Of a stretch of 32,000 nt of DNA, positions 6,686-15,723 are shown piece by piece; the first letter of the stretch is position 1, and each line of letters opens with the position of its first letter. The stretch lies in the NCBI GenBank assembly GCA_023898645.1, contig CP060232.1:600001-632000 (forward strand), read 5' to 3'. This stretch comes from Candidatus Saccharimonadota bacterium. Its GTDB lineage: Bacteria; Patescibacteriota; Saccharimonadia; Saccharimonadales; Saccharimonadaceae. The notes under the pieces are model-generated. The model saw only the letters and a program-made list of their open reading frames with translations. It did not search any database and was not told the origin of the DNA. The translations under genes were made by a program, and so were the position numbers.

Positions 6686-6816
6686 ATCGTCCCTTTCTAT
6701 GGGCTGAATGGAGCACCGTGCCGTATGGTCGGTTGCTGGTAGGCCATAGAGTCAGATCTCTCGCTACGCTCTTGATATTAAATTGTTAACGTGTTACCAA
6801 TCTAGCATAAGCATTG

Positions 6817-7572
6817 CTACTTGTCAATGCGAGACAGATCCCAAGCGGTCACGATACCCAGTAGAGACTCACTTATCTTGCCGTTATGCGTTACAAATAC
6901 CGCTGCCACTCGCTTATCATCTTGTATGGCATGGTCAAACAAATCACGCACAGTGTACACGTCCGTATCCTTTGCCACAAAATAGTACAGATCAGTTTCG
7001 GAATCATCCGGAGTATCGAGGTATTCCTCTATGTCTACGAGCGTCCGTAACTCCGCCAGTTTCACATCATCATCAGCCGATGCCACGGCCCACCTAAGCA
7101 TTGATCGCTCGGACAGCACTCCGGCAAGATCCTCGCCGCGATACACCGGCACGGATGTATACCAATTCCTGTCCATGACACCCAACGCCTCATAGGCGTC
7201 ATCACCTACACTAAACACCACCGGCTTTTCTGTCATAATCTGAGACACTAACTGAGGTTTAGTAATTGATTCGTACAGCTGTTTTATTCCGCGGACAGTA
7301 TCTTCATGCGGATCGGCAATAGGGTCATCATCATAGTTATGGGAAAGCGCATTCCGTAGCTTGCCATACAGGCGCAAAGTGTCAATATGTTCGTTTACGA
7401 CGCGATCTTTTCCGTAATCCTGTAATACATCCAGACTACCGGCAAAAGATTGCACCTTCTTGCTTTGTTCGTGCGGAGCGAAGCCTCGCAGCTGTGGTAC
7501 CTTGCGTGCGCGTCGCAAAATATCATCCTCTAGCTTACTAAAAACTGTCAAAAATTCACTCGCTCTGCTCAT
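6817..7572 (-). CDS. HEPN (Swt1-like) domain protein fused to a CBS-domain pair
   Basis: Rx4H motif LRNALSH in an alpha-helical N-terminal half. Two CBS-like repeats in the C-terminal half (VSQIMTEKPVVFSV...VPVY...LAGVLSERSML and VRDLFDHA...AAVFVTHNG...LLGIVTAWDL). The ATG at 7572 sits 6 nt after TGcTATAAT on the minus strand. The track's GTG at 7608 is less likely. Confidence 0.7.
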   Translation of the reverse strand: MSRASEFLTVFSKLEDDILRRARKVPQLRGFAPHEQSKKVQSFAGSLDVLQDYGKDRVVNEHIDTLRLYGKLRNALSHNYDDDPIADPHEDTVRGIKQLYESITKPQLVSQIMTEKPVVFSVGDDAYEALGVMDRNWYTSVPVYRGEDLAGVLSERSMLRWAVASADDDVKLAELRTLVDIEEYLDTPDDSETDLYYFVAKDTDVYTVRDLFDHAIQDDKRVAAVFVTHNGKISESLLGIVTAWDLSRIDK

Positions 7573-7682
7573 ACGGTCATTATAGCAATAGATCTGCTGC
7601 TGCTCCACTGTAGTGAATAATGAGAATCTACGAACATAATTTCCAAAAACCTTGCGAATATTTGTTGAAAACTCACGAAATA

Positions 7683-7710
7683 TTGACTTTTATCATAAAT
7701 TTGATACAAT
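7683..7710 (+). promoter_or_regulatory. Promoter of the BREX operon
   Basis: TTGACT (7683-7688), 16-nt spacer, TGaTACAAT (extended -10, hexamer 7705-7710). The brxA ATG lies 6 nt downstream, implying a leaderless transcript. Confidence 0.55.
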
Positions 7711-7716
7711 TCTCTT

Positions 7717-8340
7717 ATGATTGGCGCTAAAGATGCGAGCAGATACACCGCAGGTCTCACTGGTGAAATTTTTCTCTTTAATGAGTCGCGTACGTTAGCT
7801 GGTTTTTTGGCACAAGGCGAGGATCCAGATGCACTTCGTACTCGTAATTTAGCCGAAAACCTCATTATGTATAAAAAAGACAGCAGCCTAAAGCGTGTTT
7901 CTCCACCGATATTCCGCCGCCTCGCCACGATGTCACCTGTCGCGCTCGAAATCTTTGTAAGTGCAGACCTGGAGTCATCACGCATCCTTCTTCTTATCGC
8001 CATCGCAAAGACAGATCGTCTGGTGCGCGATTTTTTGTTGACTGTCTACGCCGACAAGATAGCGCTCAAAGCCACTAAAATAGATAGATCAGATATCGAG
8101 CGCTACTTCGAATCAGTGTACGCCGAAGAGCCTCTTTTGCGGGATAAGTCAGATATCACTAAAATGAAGCTCAAGCAACAGCTTATGAAAAACATGGTCG
8201 AGGCCGGTCTCGTCAAAAAACAAGCTGACGGTTTTGTTGTTACGCGACCAAATATTACTACTCGTCTTGCCAATCAGTTGACCGCAGATGGTGACAGTGA
8301 GTATCTAAAAGCTTTAGGTGGTGAAGGAGGCGCATTATGA
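7717..8340 (+). CDS. brxA: BREX protein BrxA (DUF1819)
   Basis: About 200 aa, first gene of the operon, with an ATGA overlap onto brxB. Helical protein of the expected size and position. Sequence-level recognition is weaker than for the other BREX genes. Confidence 0.75.
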   Translation: MIGAKDASRYTAGLTGEIFLFNESRTLAGFLAQGEDPDALRTRNLAENLIMYKKDSSLKRVSPPIFRRLATMSPVALEIFVSADLESSRILLLIAIAKTDRLVRDFLLTVYADKIALKATKIDRSDIERYFESVYAEEPLLRDKSDITKMKLKQQLMKNMVEAGLVKKQADGFVVTRPNITTRLANQLTADGDSEYLKALGGEGGAL

Positions 8341-8909
8341 AAAAATCTATTCAAGATCGACTAAGGGACTTGCGTGGCAAAGTCCGCAGTCACGATCTGT
8401 CACAAGGCGGCGGGCTTGGTAATGAGGTTAATTACCATATTTTTGACTATGACCCTGAAGACGAGCAGGCTGTCATGCGCGAAGTCGCCAATATAGCCAA
8501 GAGCCTGAGCAATGTAAAAGTTTTCAATATCCATGACATTATCATCGAAATCCTCAAAGAAAAAAACTACCTCGAAAAATCGTTTGAACTTGAACAGAAA
8601 AAAGGCAGCGACTTCGTCAACAAGGCGATCATGCGCACCCTCAAAACCGATAGCAAAAACGGTCTCATCGTCGAAAAGATCGCTAGAGGCGTCAAAAAAG
8701 GCGATATCATTTTTCTTACCGGCATAGGTCAGTCGCACCAAATTATCCGCGCACATACACTGCTGGCCAACCTCCAGAGCGTTATTAACGACACCGAAAA
8801 TCCCGTTATTTTGTTTTACCCCGGCAGCTACGATAGGCAGGCACTCAGCTTGTTTAACGTATTTCCGGCCGAAAATTATTACCGAGCATTCAAATTAGTT
8901 GAGAGATAA
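8337..8909 (+). CDS. brxB: BREX protein BrxB (DUF1788)
   Basis: 190 aa with IFDYDPEDE near the N-terminus and FYPGSYD...NYYRAFKL at the C-terminus, which are the hallmarks I recognise for DUF1788. Confidence 0.85.
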   Translation: MKKSIQDRLRDLRGKVRSHDLSQGGGLGNEVNYHIFDYDPEDEQAVMREVANIAKSLSNVKVFNIHDIIIEILKEKNYLEKSFELEQKKGSDFVNKAIMRTLKTDSKNGLIVEKIARGVKKGDIIFLTGIGQSHQIIRAHTLLANLQSVINDTENPVILFYPGSYDRQALSLFNVFPAENYYRAFKLVER

Positions 8910-8927
8910 AGAAAGGTTCAAGCCCAT

Positions 8928-11900
8928 ATGCAATTGAAGGATCTATACAAAAAAGATATCACCCGTGAGATTCAGGGTGTCATTAAAGTTGACGACGAAC
9001 ACTCGATCGCCCAAGAGCTCGACGAATATATCGTCACCGATGAGATTGCCAAGCATCTCGATACATTCTTCGAAAGCTACAGCAAAGGACTCGGCACCTC
9101 TCGCACCGAGCAGATGGGCGTCTGGCTGTCTGGTTTCTTTGGATCAGGTAAGTCACACTTTCTCAAGATTGTCAGTCACTTGCTCGACAACCGCGAAGTA
9201 AACGGCAAAAAAGCCGTCGACTACTTCGACGACAAAATTCATGACGCCATGCTACTTGGCAATATCAAACGTGCTGGCGAGACGTCTTCTGACATCATCC
9301 TCTTCAATATCGACACCAAATCTTCGCTCGAAAACACCACGAGCAAGGATAAGATCCTTGCAGTGATCGAAAAAGTCTTCAACGAAAAGCTCGGCTTCAG
9401 CCACATTAATTTCGTTGCCGATATCGAACGCCATCTACAAGAAAAGGGTAAATACGAAGAGTTCAAAGCTAAATTTGACGACTGGTCATCGATTCGTTCA
9501 GACTTCGACTTCAACCAGTACGAAATCGCCGAAAAATACGCCGAAGTCATGGGCGTCAGCTCCGATGAAGCCAACAAAATCTTCGACAACCGCCGCGACA
9601 CCTACCAAGTTTCACCTGAGTCATTTGCTCAGCGGGTGCAGGAATACATCGAAAAACGCGGCAACGACCATCACGTAGTTTTCCTTATCGACGAAGTTGG
9701 TCAATATATCGGCAACAATGGCTCACTTCTGCTCAACCTCCAGTCAATCGTCGAAGAGCTCGGCGTACGCACCAACGGCCGCGCATGGGTCATTTGTTCC
9801 AGTCAAGAAGCCATCGACGATGTCGTAAAAGGTGTCAAAAAGGACGACTTCTCGAAGATTCTTGGTCGCTTCGACACCAAAATCAAGCTCTCTAGCACCG
9901 ATATCGACGAAGTTATCCGCCAGCGACTGCTCGCCAAGACAGACGACGCTACGACGTCACTGGTGTCCACTTACAACACTCGTCAGGCAGAGATTGCCAA
10001 CCTGCTTACTTTCGGTGAAGGTGGCACCTACAAGGCCACCTACCGCAGCGCTCAAGATTTTGCCGCTACCTATCCGTACATCCCGTACCAGTTCAAGCTC
10101 CTGCAAGATACCTATATGAGCATCCGTGAGAAAGGCTTTGCGGGTGCACACCTAAGCTCTGGTGCTCGTTCACTTCTCGGCGCTATCCAGGAGACCGCAA
10201 AGGCTCATGCAAACAGCGAGATTGGGACACTTGTACCGTTTTCCGCCTTTTTTGAAACCGTTGTTACGGCAATAGATAGCTCGATCATTCAAATATTCGA
10301 TCAAGTGGACAGGATGATTAAAGAAGGTGTACTTGAGCCGCAAGATAAAGAAATATTGAAGACGCTTTTTATGTTGCGCAGTGCTCAAGAAACGATGCCG
10401 ACCAATCTCGATAACCTAGCCGTCCTTTCAGTGACAAATTTGTCAGACAATATCCTCGATATCAAAAAGAATCTTGCCGATAGCCTGAAGCGGCTCGAAG
10501 ACCGCGTGCTCATCCAAAAGCTCGGCGACAACTACCGCTTCCTCACCGACGAAGAACAAGACATCAACCGCGAAATCAAAAGCCAAACCTTTGATCCGAA
10601 TGACATCTCGACTACGCTTGGCGAAGTGATTCGCGGCACTATCGACTCGAAGTACAAATACACTAATGGCCGTGTTTTCTCGCTCGATCTCTTCATGGAC
10701 GATAACAAAATTAATGGTGGCTCAAACGAATTAGCCCTCAGGTTCACCTCGGGCGAGCTACAATCTGTCCAGGCTGAATCGATGCGCCAAAGCAACGCAG
10801 CATTTATCATCACGCCACTGTCGATCGACCTCCGCAACGACATCGAAACTGCTGTAAAGGTTGAAAAATACATCCGCTCACAAGCTGGTATCAAGAACGA
10901 CCCAGAGCGCGACAAGATTATCGCCGCTCGCCGCACCGAAATGGAAGGCCTCAAGGAGAAGATCTCCGCTGACTTCGCCGACAATATCCGAAGCGCCGCT
11001 GTCGCCATCAACGGTACAGAAGTCGACATCCCAGCCCGTGAAAGTGTCACGACTCGCCGCGATCTCATCCTGGAAGAGCTCGTCAAATCCGTGTACACCA
11101 AGATCGAATACATCAAAGCACCGTGTAGCCGCAGCAATATCAAGCGTCTGCTGACACTGCCAAAAATGGAGCTCGAAGTCGCTACCGCCAACACCAAGGC
11201 CGAAGACGCCATCAACGAATACATCATCGAGCAGGCTCGCAACCACGTACCGGTCACCCTCGAAAGTATCGTGCGCGATTTCAAATCAGCCCCATTCGGC
11301 TTCACCGACGAAGATGTCGCCTACATCGTAGCGTACCTTATGAAAACCGAGCTAATCAGCTTAATCTACAATGGCACGACACTCGCACCAACTGCCGATA
11401 CCGCAGATATCTTGCTCAAATCAGCCAATGACGGCAAAATCACCATCAAAGTCCGTGAACGCATCGATAACCAACTGCTCGATACTGTCCGTAGCTTGGC
11501 GCGCGATTTGTTCGACACCACCGCACTCGGTGATACCGAGGACGCTATGGCAGATAGTCTACGCCACGAAATTGATACCAAGCTCGAAGCTACAACTGCT
11601 TATTTGCAGAAGTACAACTACGCTAGCTATCCGGGCAAGTCTGTCGTCGAGAGTGTCAATACGCTTCTTCGTGAGCTCAAACAAATCCGCGACACCAAAG
11701 ACCTGTTCGATGTGCTTGATGCCAAGCAGAACGACCTGCGCACGGCGTTCGACGCCTACAAGCCAGTTGTCAGCTTCTTTGAACACCAAGTAGCTATCTT
11801 TGACCGAGCCATAGCAGCTGTCAAAGATTACGATTTCGTTAGCTCGTCTATCACTGTTAATTCACCAGAAGTCACCCAGATTCGCGACATCTTGGCACAG

Positions 11901-12236
11901 GATAGCCCGTACGGTGACATCCCGAAGCTTTCGCCATTGACATCTGCCGTGGAGCAGGCTGTCAAAACTGGCCGCGACGAGCTCCAAAAGCGTGCCGACG
12001 AAGCCCGCAAGCTCGAAGAGCAGCGCCGCAAAGCCGAAGAAGAGGCGAGGAGGGCCGAAGCCGCAGGCCAGCAGCCAGCCGAACTACCAAAAGTCGCCAA
12101 ACCTGTCCGTTCGGGCGATCTCATCAACCGCACTTACTCGCTGAAGAGTGAGGCTGATGTCGACGCCATGCTCGGCGAACTTCGCCAGCGACTACTACAA
12201 GAACTTGCCGACAATGGCGAGGTAAGGGTTATTTAG
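8928..12236 (+). CDS. brxC: BREX ATPase BrxC/PglY
   Basis: 1102 aa. P-loop GFFGSGKSHFLK near residue 70, DEVGQY Walker-B-like segment, and a position between brxB and pglX. Confidence 0.9.
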   Translation: MQLKDLYKKDITREIQGVIKVDDEHSIAQELDEYIVTDEIAKHLDTFFESYSKGLGTSRTEQMGVWLSGFFGSGKSHFLKIVSHLLDNREVNGKKAVDYFDDKIHDAMLLGNIKRAGETSSDIILFNIDTKSSLENTTSKDKILAVIEKVFNEKLGFSHINFVADIERHLQEKGKYEEFKAKFDDWSSIRSDFDFNQYEIAEKYAEVMGVSSDEANKIFDNRRDTYQVSPESFAQRVQEYIEKRGNDHHVVFLIDEVGQYIGNNGSLLLNLQSIVEELGVRTNGRAWVICSSQEAIDDVVKGVKKDDFSKILGRFDTKIKLSSTDIDEVIRQRLLAKTDDATTSLVSTYNTRQAEIANLLTFGEGGTYKATYRSAQDFAATYPYIPYQFKLLQDTYMSIREKGFAGAHLSSGARSLLGAIQETAKAHANSEIGTLVPFSAFFETVVTAIDSSIIQIFDQVDRMIKEGVLEPQDKEILKTLFMLRSAQETMPTNLDNLAVLSVTNLSDNILDIKKNLADSLKRLEDRVLIQKLGDNYRFLTDEEQDINREIKSQTFDPNDISTTLGEVIRGTIDSKYKYTNGRVFSLDLFMDDNKINGGSNELALRFTSGELQSVQAESMRQSNAAFIITPLSIDLRNDIETAVKVEKYIRSQAGIKNDPERDKIIAARRTEMEGLKEKISADFADNIRSAAVAINGTEVDIPARESVTTRRDLILEELVKSVYTKIEYIKAPCSRSNIKRLLTLPKMELEVATANTKAEDAINEYIIEQARNHVPVTLESIVRDFKSAPFGFTDEDVAYIVAYLMKTELISLIYNGTTLAPTADTADILLKSANDGKITIKVRERIDNQLLDTVRSLARDLFDTTALGDTEDAMADSLRHEIDTKLEATTAYLQKYNYASYPGKSVVESVNTLLRELKQIRDTKDLFDVLDAKQNDLRTAFDAYKPVVSFFEHQVAIFDRAIAAVKDYDFVSSSITVNSPEVTQIRDILAQDSPYGDIPKLSPLTSAVEQAVKTGRDELQKRADEARKLEEQRRKAEEEARRAEAAGQQPAELPKVAKPVRSGDLINRTYSLKSEADVDAMLGELRQRLLQELADNGEVRVI

Positions 12237-12237
12237 T

Positions 12238-15200
12238 ATGAGCTCGATGGACAAAAAACTACTCAAAGACTTTGCTATGAAATCGCGCGAAACGCTGACC
12301 GCGCTTGTTGCCGCCAAACTTCAAGCCATGCACGTCACCGAAGATATCGCCTGGGTGCAAAAAGGCGAAGTTTACCAGGCTATCATCGATGGCCGTAATG
12401 TCACACTGTACCCGAGTGACAAAGACCGTTACGACAAGCTTCGTGCCGCAGTCAAAGCCGAAGGTATCAAGCAGATCACCGAAAAAGCCGCCTACACCTG
12501 GTTCAACCGCATTGTCGCCATCCGCTACATGGAGCTTCGCGAGATGTTACCACAGGGCAAACACAACGAATGGCTCGGTATTCGCGTATTATCAGACGGC
12601 AACAACGAACCCGACCCAGAAATCCTAAAGATCAGTAACTTGCGAAGAGCAGATCTCGACCTCCCGCTAAACGCCGATGATATCATCAAACTCCCACGCG
12701 ACGACCAAAAGTTCCGCGAGGTACTGTTTGCCGTTGTCAAAAAGCTCGGGGCAGTCATGCCAGACGTCTTCAACGGCGACACGACTAGCATTAACTTCCT
12801 GCTTCCAGACAACTTGCTCGGCAGCGGCGGTTTTGTCAATGAAATCCTCAAACTCCCCGTAGAGTGCTTCGACAGGGTCGAAGTCATCGGCTGGCTGTAC
12901 CAATACTACAACCAAGCCGAAAAAGACATCGCCATGAAAAAGAAGTCGGCGGTCGAAAAAGATGAGATCCCCTATGTCACCCAGATTTTCACCCCTGACT
13001 GGATCGTCAAATACATGGTCGAAAACTCCCTTGGTCGCTACTGGCTGGAGCATGGCGGCGACCCTAAGCTAGCCGACAACTGGAAATACTTGATCAAGAG
13101 CGACCAGCAAGTGACGACGACAAAGACTATGCCGAACATCGAAGACGTCACGTTTATCGACCCCTGCATGGGTAGTGGGCACATCCTCGTCTACGCCTTT
13201 GAGGTGTTTTACCAGATTTATCGTTCGCTGGGCTACGCCCCAGAGCAAATTCCAGAAAAGATCCTCTCGCACAACATCTACGGCCTGGATATCGATGACC
13301 GCGCTAAACAACTATCAATCCTCTCGGCTATGCTTGTGGCCAGGGAGTACGACAAAGACATATTCAGCAAAGACATTCAGCTGAATATTACTAGTGTCGC
13401 CGAAAGCAACGGCATGAGCAGCCTGCCAGACCTACTGAAAGGCGCCAGCAAAGACACCGCCGAATACCTACTCGACGCCTTTCGTGATGCCAAAGAATAC
13501 GGCAGTATATTGCGAGTCAAATCGCAAAACTACACCGACCTGCAAAGCCAGCTAGAAGAATTATCCCCAATAGAGAAACCACTTTACTACGCCAAAACAA
13601 AACAGCTCATCCACCAAGCAGACATTCTAAGTAAAAAGTACACGATTGCGGTGACGAATCCGCCGTATATGAACAAATACGACGCCAAATTAAAAGCCTA
13701 CATTGGTGCAAATTATCCCGAGACTAAGTCGGATATGTACTCCGTATTTATGGAAGTCCTAAGTGATCATCTCGTTAGCGGCGGACGCATGGCAATGGTC
13801 ACACCGGATAGCTGGATGTCCTTGACGGGGCAAGCCAAACTTCGCGAGCGTCTAGAAAACGAAGCTCACATATCGAGCATGATTCACCTTGGTAATGGCG
13901 CGTTCCCAGATGTCGTCGTGTCTACGACCGCATTTACGCTCGTAAAGGGCGATGCTATTTCGATCGGCGATTACATCCGAGATGTTACCGGCAACGAGAA
14001 AACCAAGTATGCCACCGCACTCGCCGCCATCGACGATCCGCACCACCCTCTCCGCTACCGCGCCAGCAACGCCGATTTCGAGGTATTCCCGGGCAAGATT
14101 ATTGCGTATTGGGCGAGCGAGGCTGTGAGGAAGGCTTTTGTCATTGGCGTCAATCTAAGGGGCAGTGCGTGGGAGCCTAGGCAGGGGGCGGCCACTTCTG
14201 ATAATAATCGCTTTCTTAGATTATGGTATGAAGTTAATAGCACGAAAACTAATCTGAACGCCGAATCTGCGATCGAAGCAACACAATCTGCAAAAAAGTG
14301 GTTCCCGTACAACAAGGGCGGCGAATTTCGTAAGTGGTACGGTAATAATGACTTCTTAATTAACTATGAAAATGACGGCGAAGAATTAAAGGGTTACGCT
14401 AAAAGCCTATATAAATCAGCAACTCGCACAATAAAAAGTATTAGTGAATATTTCAAACCAAGTATAACTTGGTCAAAAATCTCGTCCGGTTCGATTGCAT
14501 TTCGTTACAAACCAGCCGGACATATCTTTGATGTAGCAGGTACAAGTATATTCGCCGACGATGCTCAGGATCTCAAGTATCTTCAAGGCGTGCTTAACAG
14601 CAGTGTAATATTAAAAATATCTAGTTATTTATCGCCAACCCTCAACTTCGAAGTTGGTCAAATCGCGACTTATCCAATTATCCAATCGCCGCAATATCGC
14701 GATGAAGTCATTCGCCTGGTCGAAGAATGTCGTGAACTCAGTAAAGCCGATTGGGACGCCTTTGAAACTTCATGGGACTTCGAGCGTCATCCACTCTTGC
14801 CGACGAGTGGCGAGACCAAGCTAAGTGACATGTACGCCGTCTGGGAATCAACCGCCGAGGATCGCTGGAGTCAGCTAAAAGCCAACGAAGAGCGGCTGAA
14901 CGAAATCTTCATTGAAGTTTACGGCATGCAGGGTGAACTGACGCCGGAGGTAGAAGACAAATATGTCAGTGTGCGCAAGGCCGACCAGTCGCGCGAAGCT
15001 CGCTCGCTGCTGTCGTATTTCGTCGGTGTCATCTTTGGTCGCTATAGCCTCGATAGCCTCGGACTCAACTTCGCCGGTGGCGAGTGGGACGCCAGCGCAC
15101 AAGGTAAACTAGTCGACGAAGATAACATCGTACCGATCATGGATGGCGAATACTACACTGACGATATAGTGAAGAAACTGCGCGACTTCCTCGTGGCCGT

Positions 15201-15723
15201 CTACGGCGAAGCAACGCTGCACGCAAACATGGACTGGCTTGCCAATGCCCTGGGGCGCAAATCGCACGAAAACGCCGAAGATACACTGCGCCGCTACTTT
15301 GTCGATGATTTCTTTGCCGACCATTTCAAAGTTTACGGCAAACGCCCAATCTACTGGCAACTCAGCAGCGGTAAACAAAACGGCTTCAAAGCATTGTTTT
15401 ACCTGCACCGCTACCAGCCAAATCTCGTAGCCACCGTCCGTACGCAGTATTTGCTTAACACCCAAAACATCTACACCAAGCGCCTAGCCGAGCTGGAGGC
15501 AAAAACGACGCTAAACAACGACGAACTCCGCCTAAAAAACGACCTCGTGGCCAAACTCGCCGAGATCAAAAGCTACGACGCACTGATCGGCGTGGCCGCC
15601 AGCGAAGCCATAGAGCTCGACCTCGACGACGGCGTTAAGACAAACTACCCCAAGCTCAGCCACGCCGCTGCAGGCGTAAAGCCTGGCAGTGAAATCCTCG
15701 AGACGAAAGGGGTCAAGCTATGA
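12238..15723 (+). CDS. pglX: BREX adenine-specific DNA methyltransferase PglX
   Basis: 1161 aa. SAM-binding motif FIDPCMGSGH, catalytic VTNPPYM, and a conserved WFPYNKGGEFRKWYG segment. Confidence 0.95.
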   Translation: MSSMDKKLLKDFAMKSRETLTALVAAKLQAMHVTEDIAWVQKGEVYQAIIDGRNVTLYPSDKDRYDKLRAAVKAEGIKQITEKAAYTWFNRIVAIRYMELREMLPQGKHNEWLGIRVLSDGNNEPDPEILKISNLRRADLDLPLNADDIIKLPRDDQKFREVLFAVVKKLGAVMPDVFNGDTTSINFLLPDNLLGSGGFVNEILKLPVECFDRVEVIGWLYQYYNQAEKDIAMKKKSAVEKDEIPYVTQIFTPDWIVKYMVENSLGRYWLEHGGDPKLADNWKYLIKSDQQVTTTKTMPNIEDVTFIDPCMGSGHILVYAFEVFYQIYRSLGYAPEQIPEKILSHNIYGLDIDDRAKQLSILSAMLVAREYDKDIFSKDIQLNITSVAESNGMSSLPDLLKGASKDTAEYLLDAFRDAKEYGSILRVKSQNYTDLQSQLEELSPIEKPLYYAKTKQLIHQADILSKKYTIAVTNPPYMNKYDAKLKAYIGANYPETKSDMYSVFMEVLSDHLVSGGRMAMVTPDSWMSLTGQAKLRERLENEAHISSMIHLGNGAFPDVVVSTTAFTLVKGDAISIGDYIRDVTGNEKTKYATALAAIDDPHHPLRYRASNADFEVFPGKIIAYWASEAVRKAFVIGVNLRGSAWEPRQGAATSDNNRFLRLWYEVNSTKTNLNAESAIEATQSAKKWFPYNKGGEFRKWYGNNDFLINYENDGEELKGYAKSLYKSATRTIKSISEYFKPSITWSKISSGSIAFRYKPAGHIFDVAGTSIFADDAQDLKYLQGVLNSSVILKISSYLSPTLNFEVGQIATYPIIQSPQYRDEVIRLVEECRELSKADWDAFETSWDFERHPLLPTSGETKLSDMYAVWESTAEDRWSQLKANEERLNEIFIEVYGMQGELTPEVEDKYVSVRKADQSREARSLLSYFVGVIFGRYSLDSLGLNFAGGEWDASAQGKLVDEDNIVPIMDGEYYTDDIVKKLRDFLVAVYGEATLHANMDWLANALGRKSHENAEDTLRRYFVDDFFADHFKVYGKRPIYWQLSSGKQNGFKALFYLHRYQPNLVATVRTQYLLNTQNIYTKRLAELEAKTTLNNDELRLKNDLVAKLAEIKSYDALIGVAASEAIELDLDDGVKTNYPKLSHAAAGVKPGSEILETKGVKL

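Noticed and set aside
6783-7097. 104-aa plus-strand ORF overlapping the 3' part of the HEPN-CBS gene.
   Set aside because: It is antisense to a gene with recognisable CBS repeats, gives a Pro/His/Cys-rich translation, and has no start-site context.
10532-11305. 257-aa ORF on the minus strand inside brxC. There are similar long antisense ORFs at 20655..21410, 30586..31185, 7569..8003, 12525..12887 and 12667..13053.
   Set aside because: They are fully nested antisense to genes with clear family motifs, have S/R/L-rich low-complexity translations, and show no SD or promoter context. These are typical shadow ORFs.
12238-15723. Search for simple-sequence repeats or homopolymer tracts in pglX that could give phase variation.
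   Set aside because: There is nothing longer than a G5 run (about 14184-14188), and no tandem short repeats were seen by eye, so a phase-variation claim is not supported.
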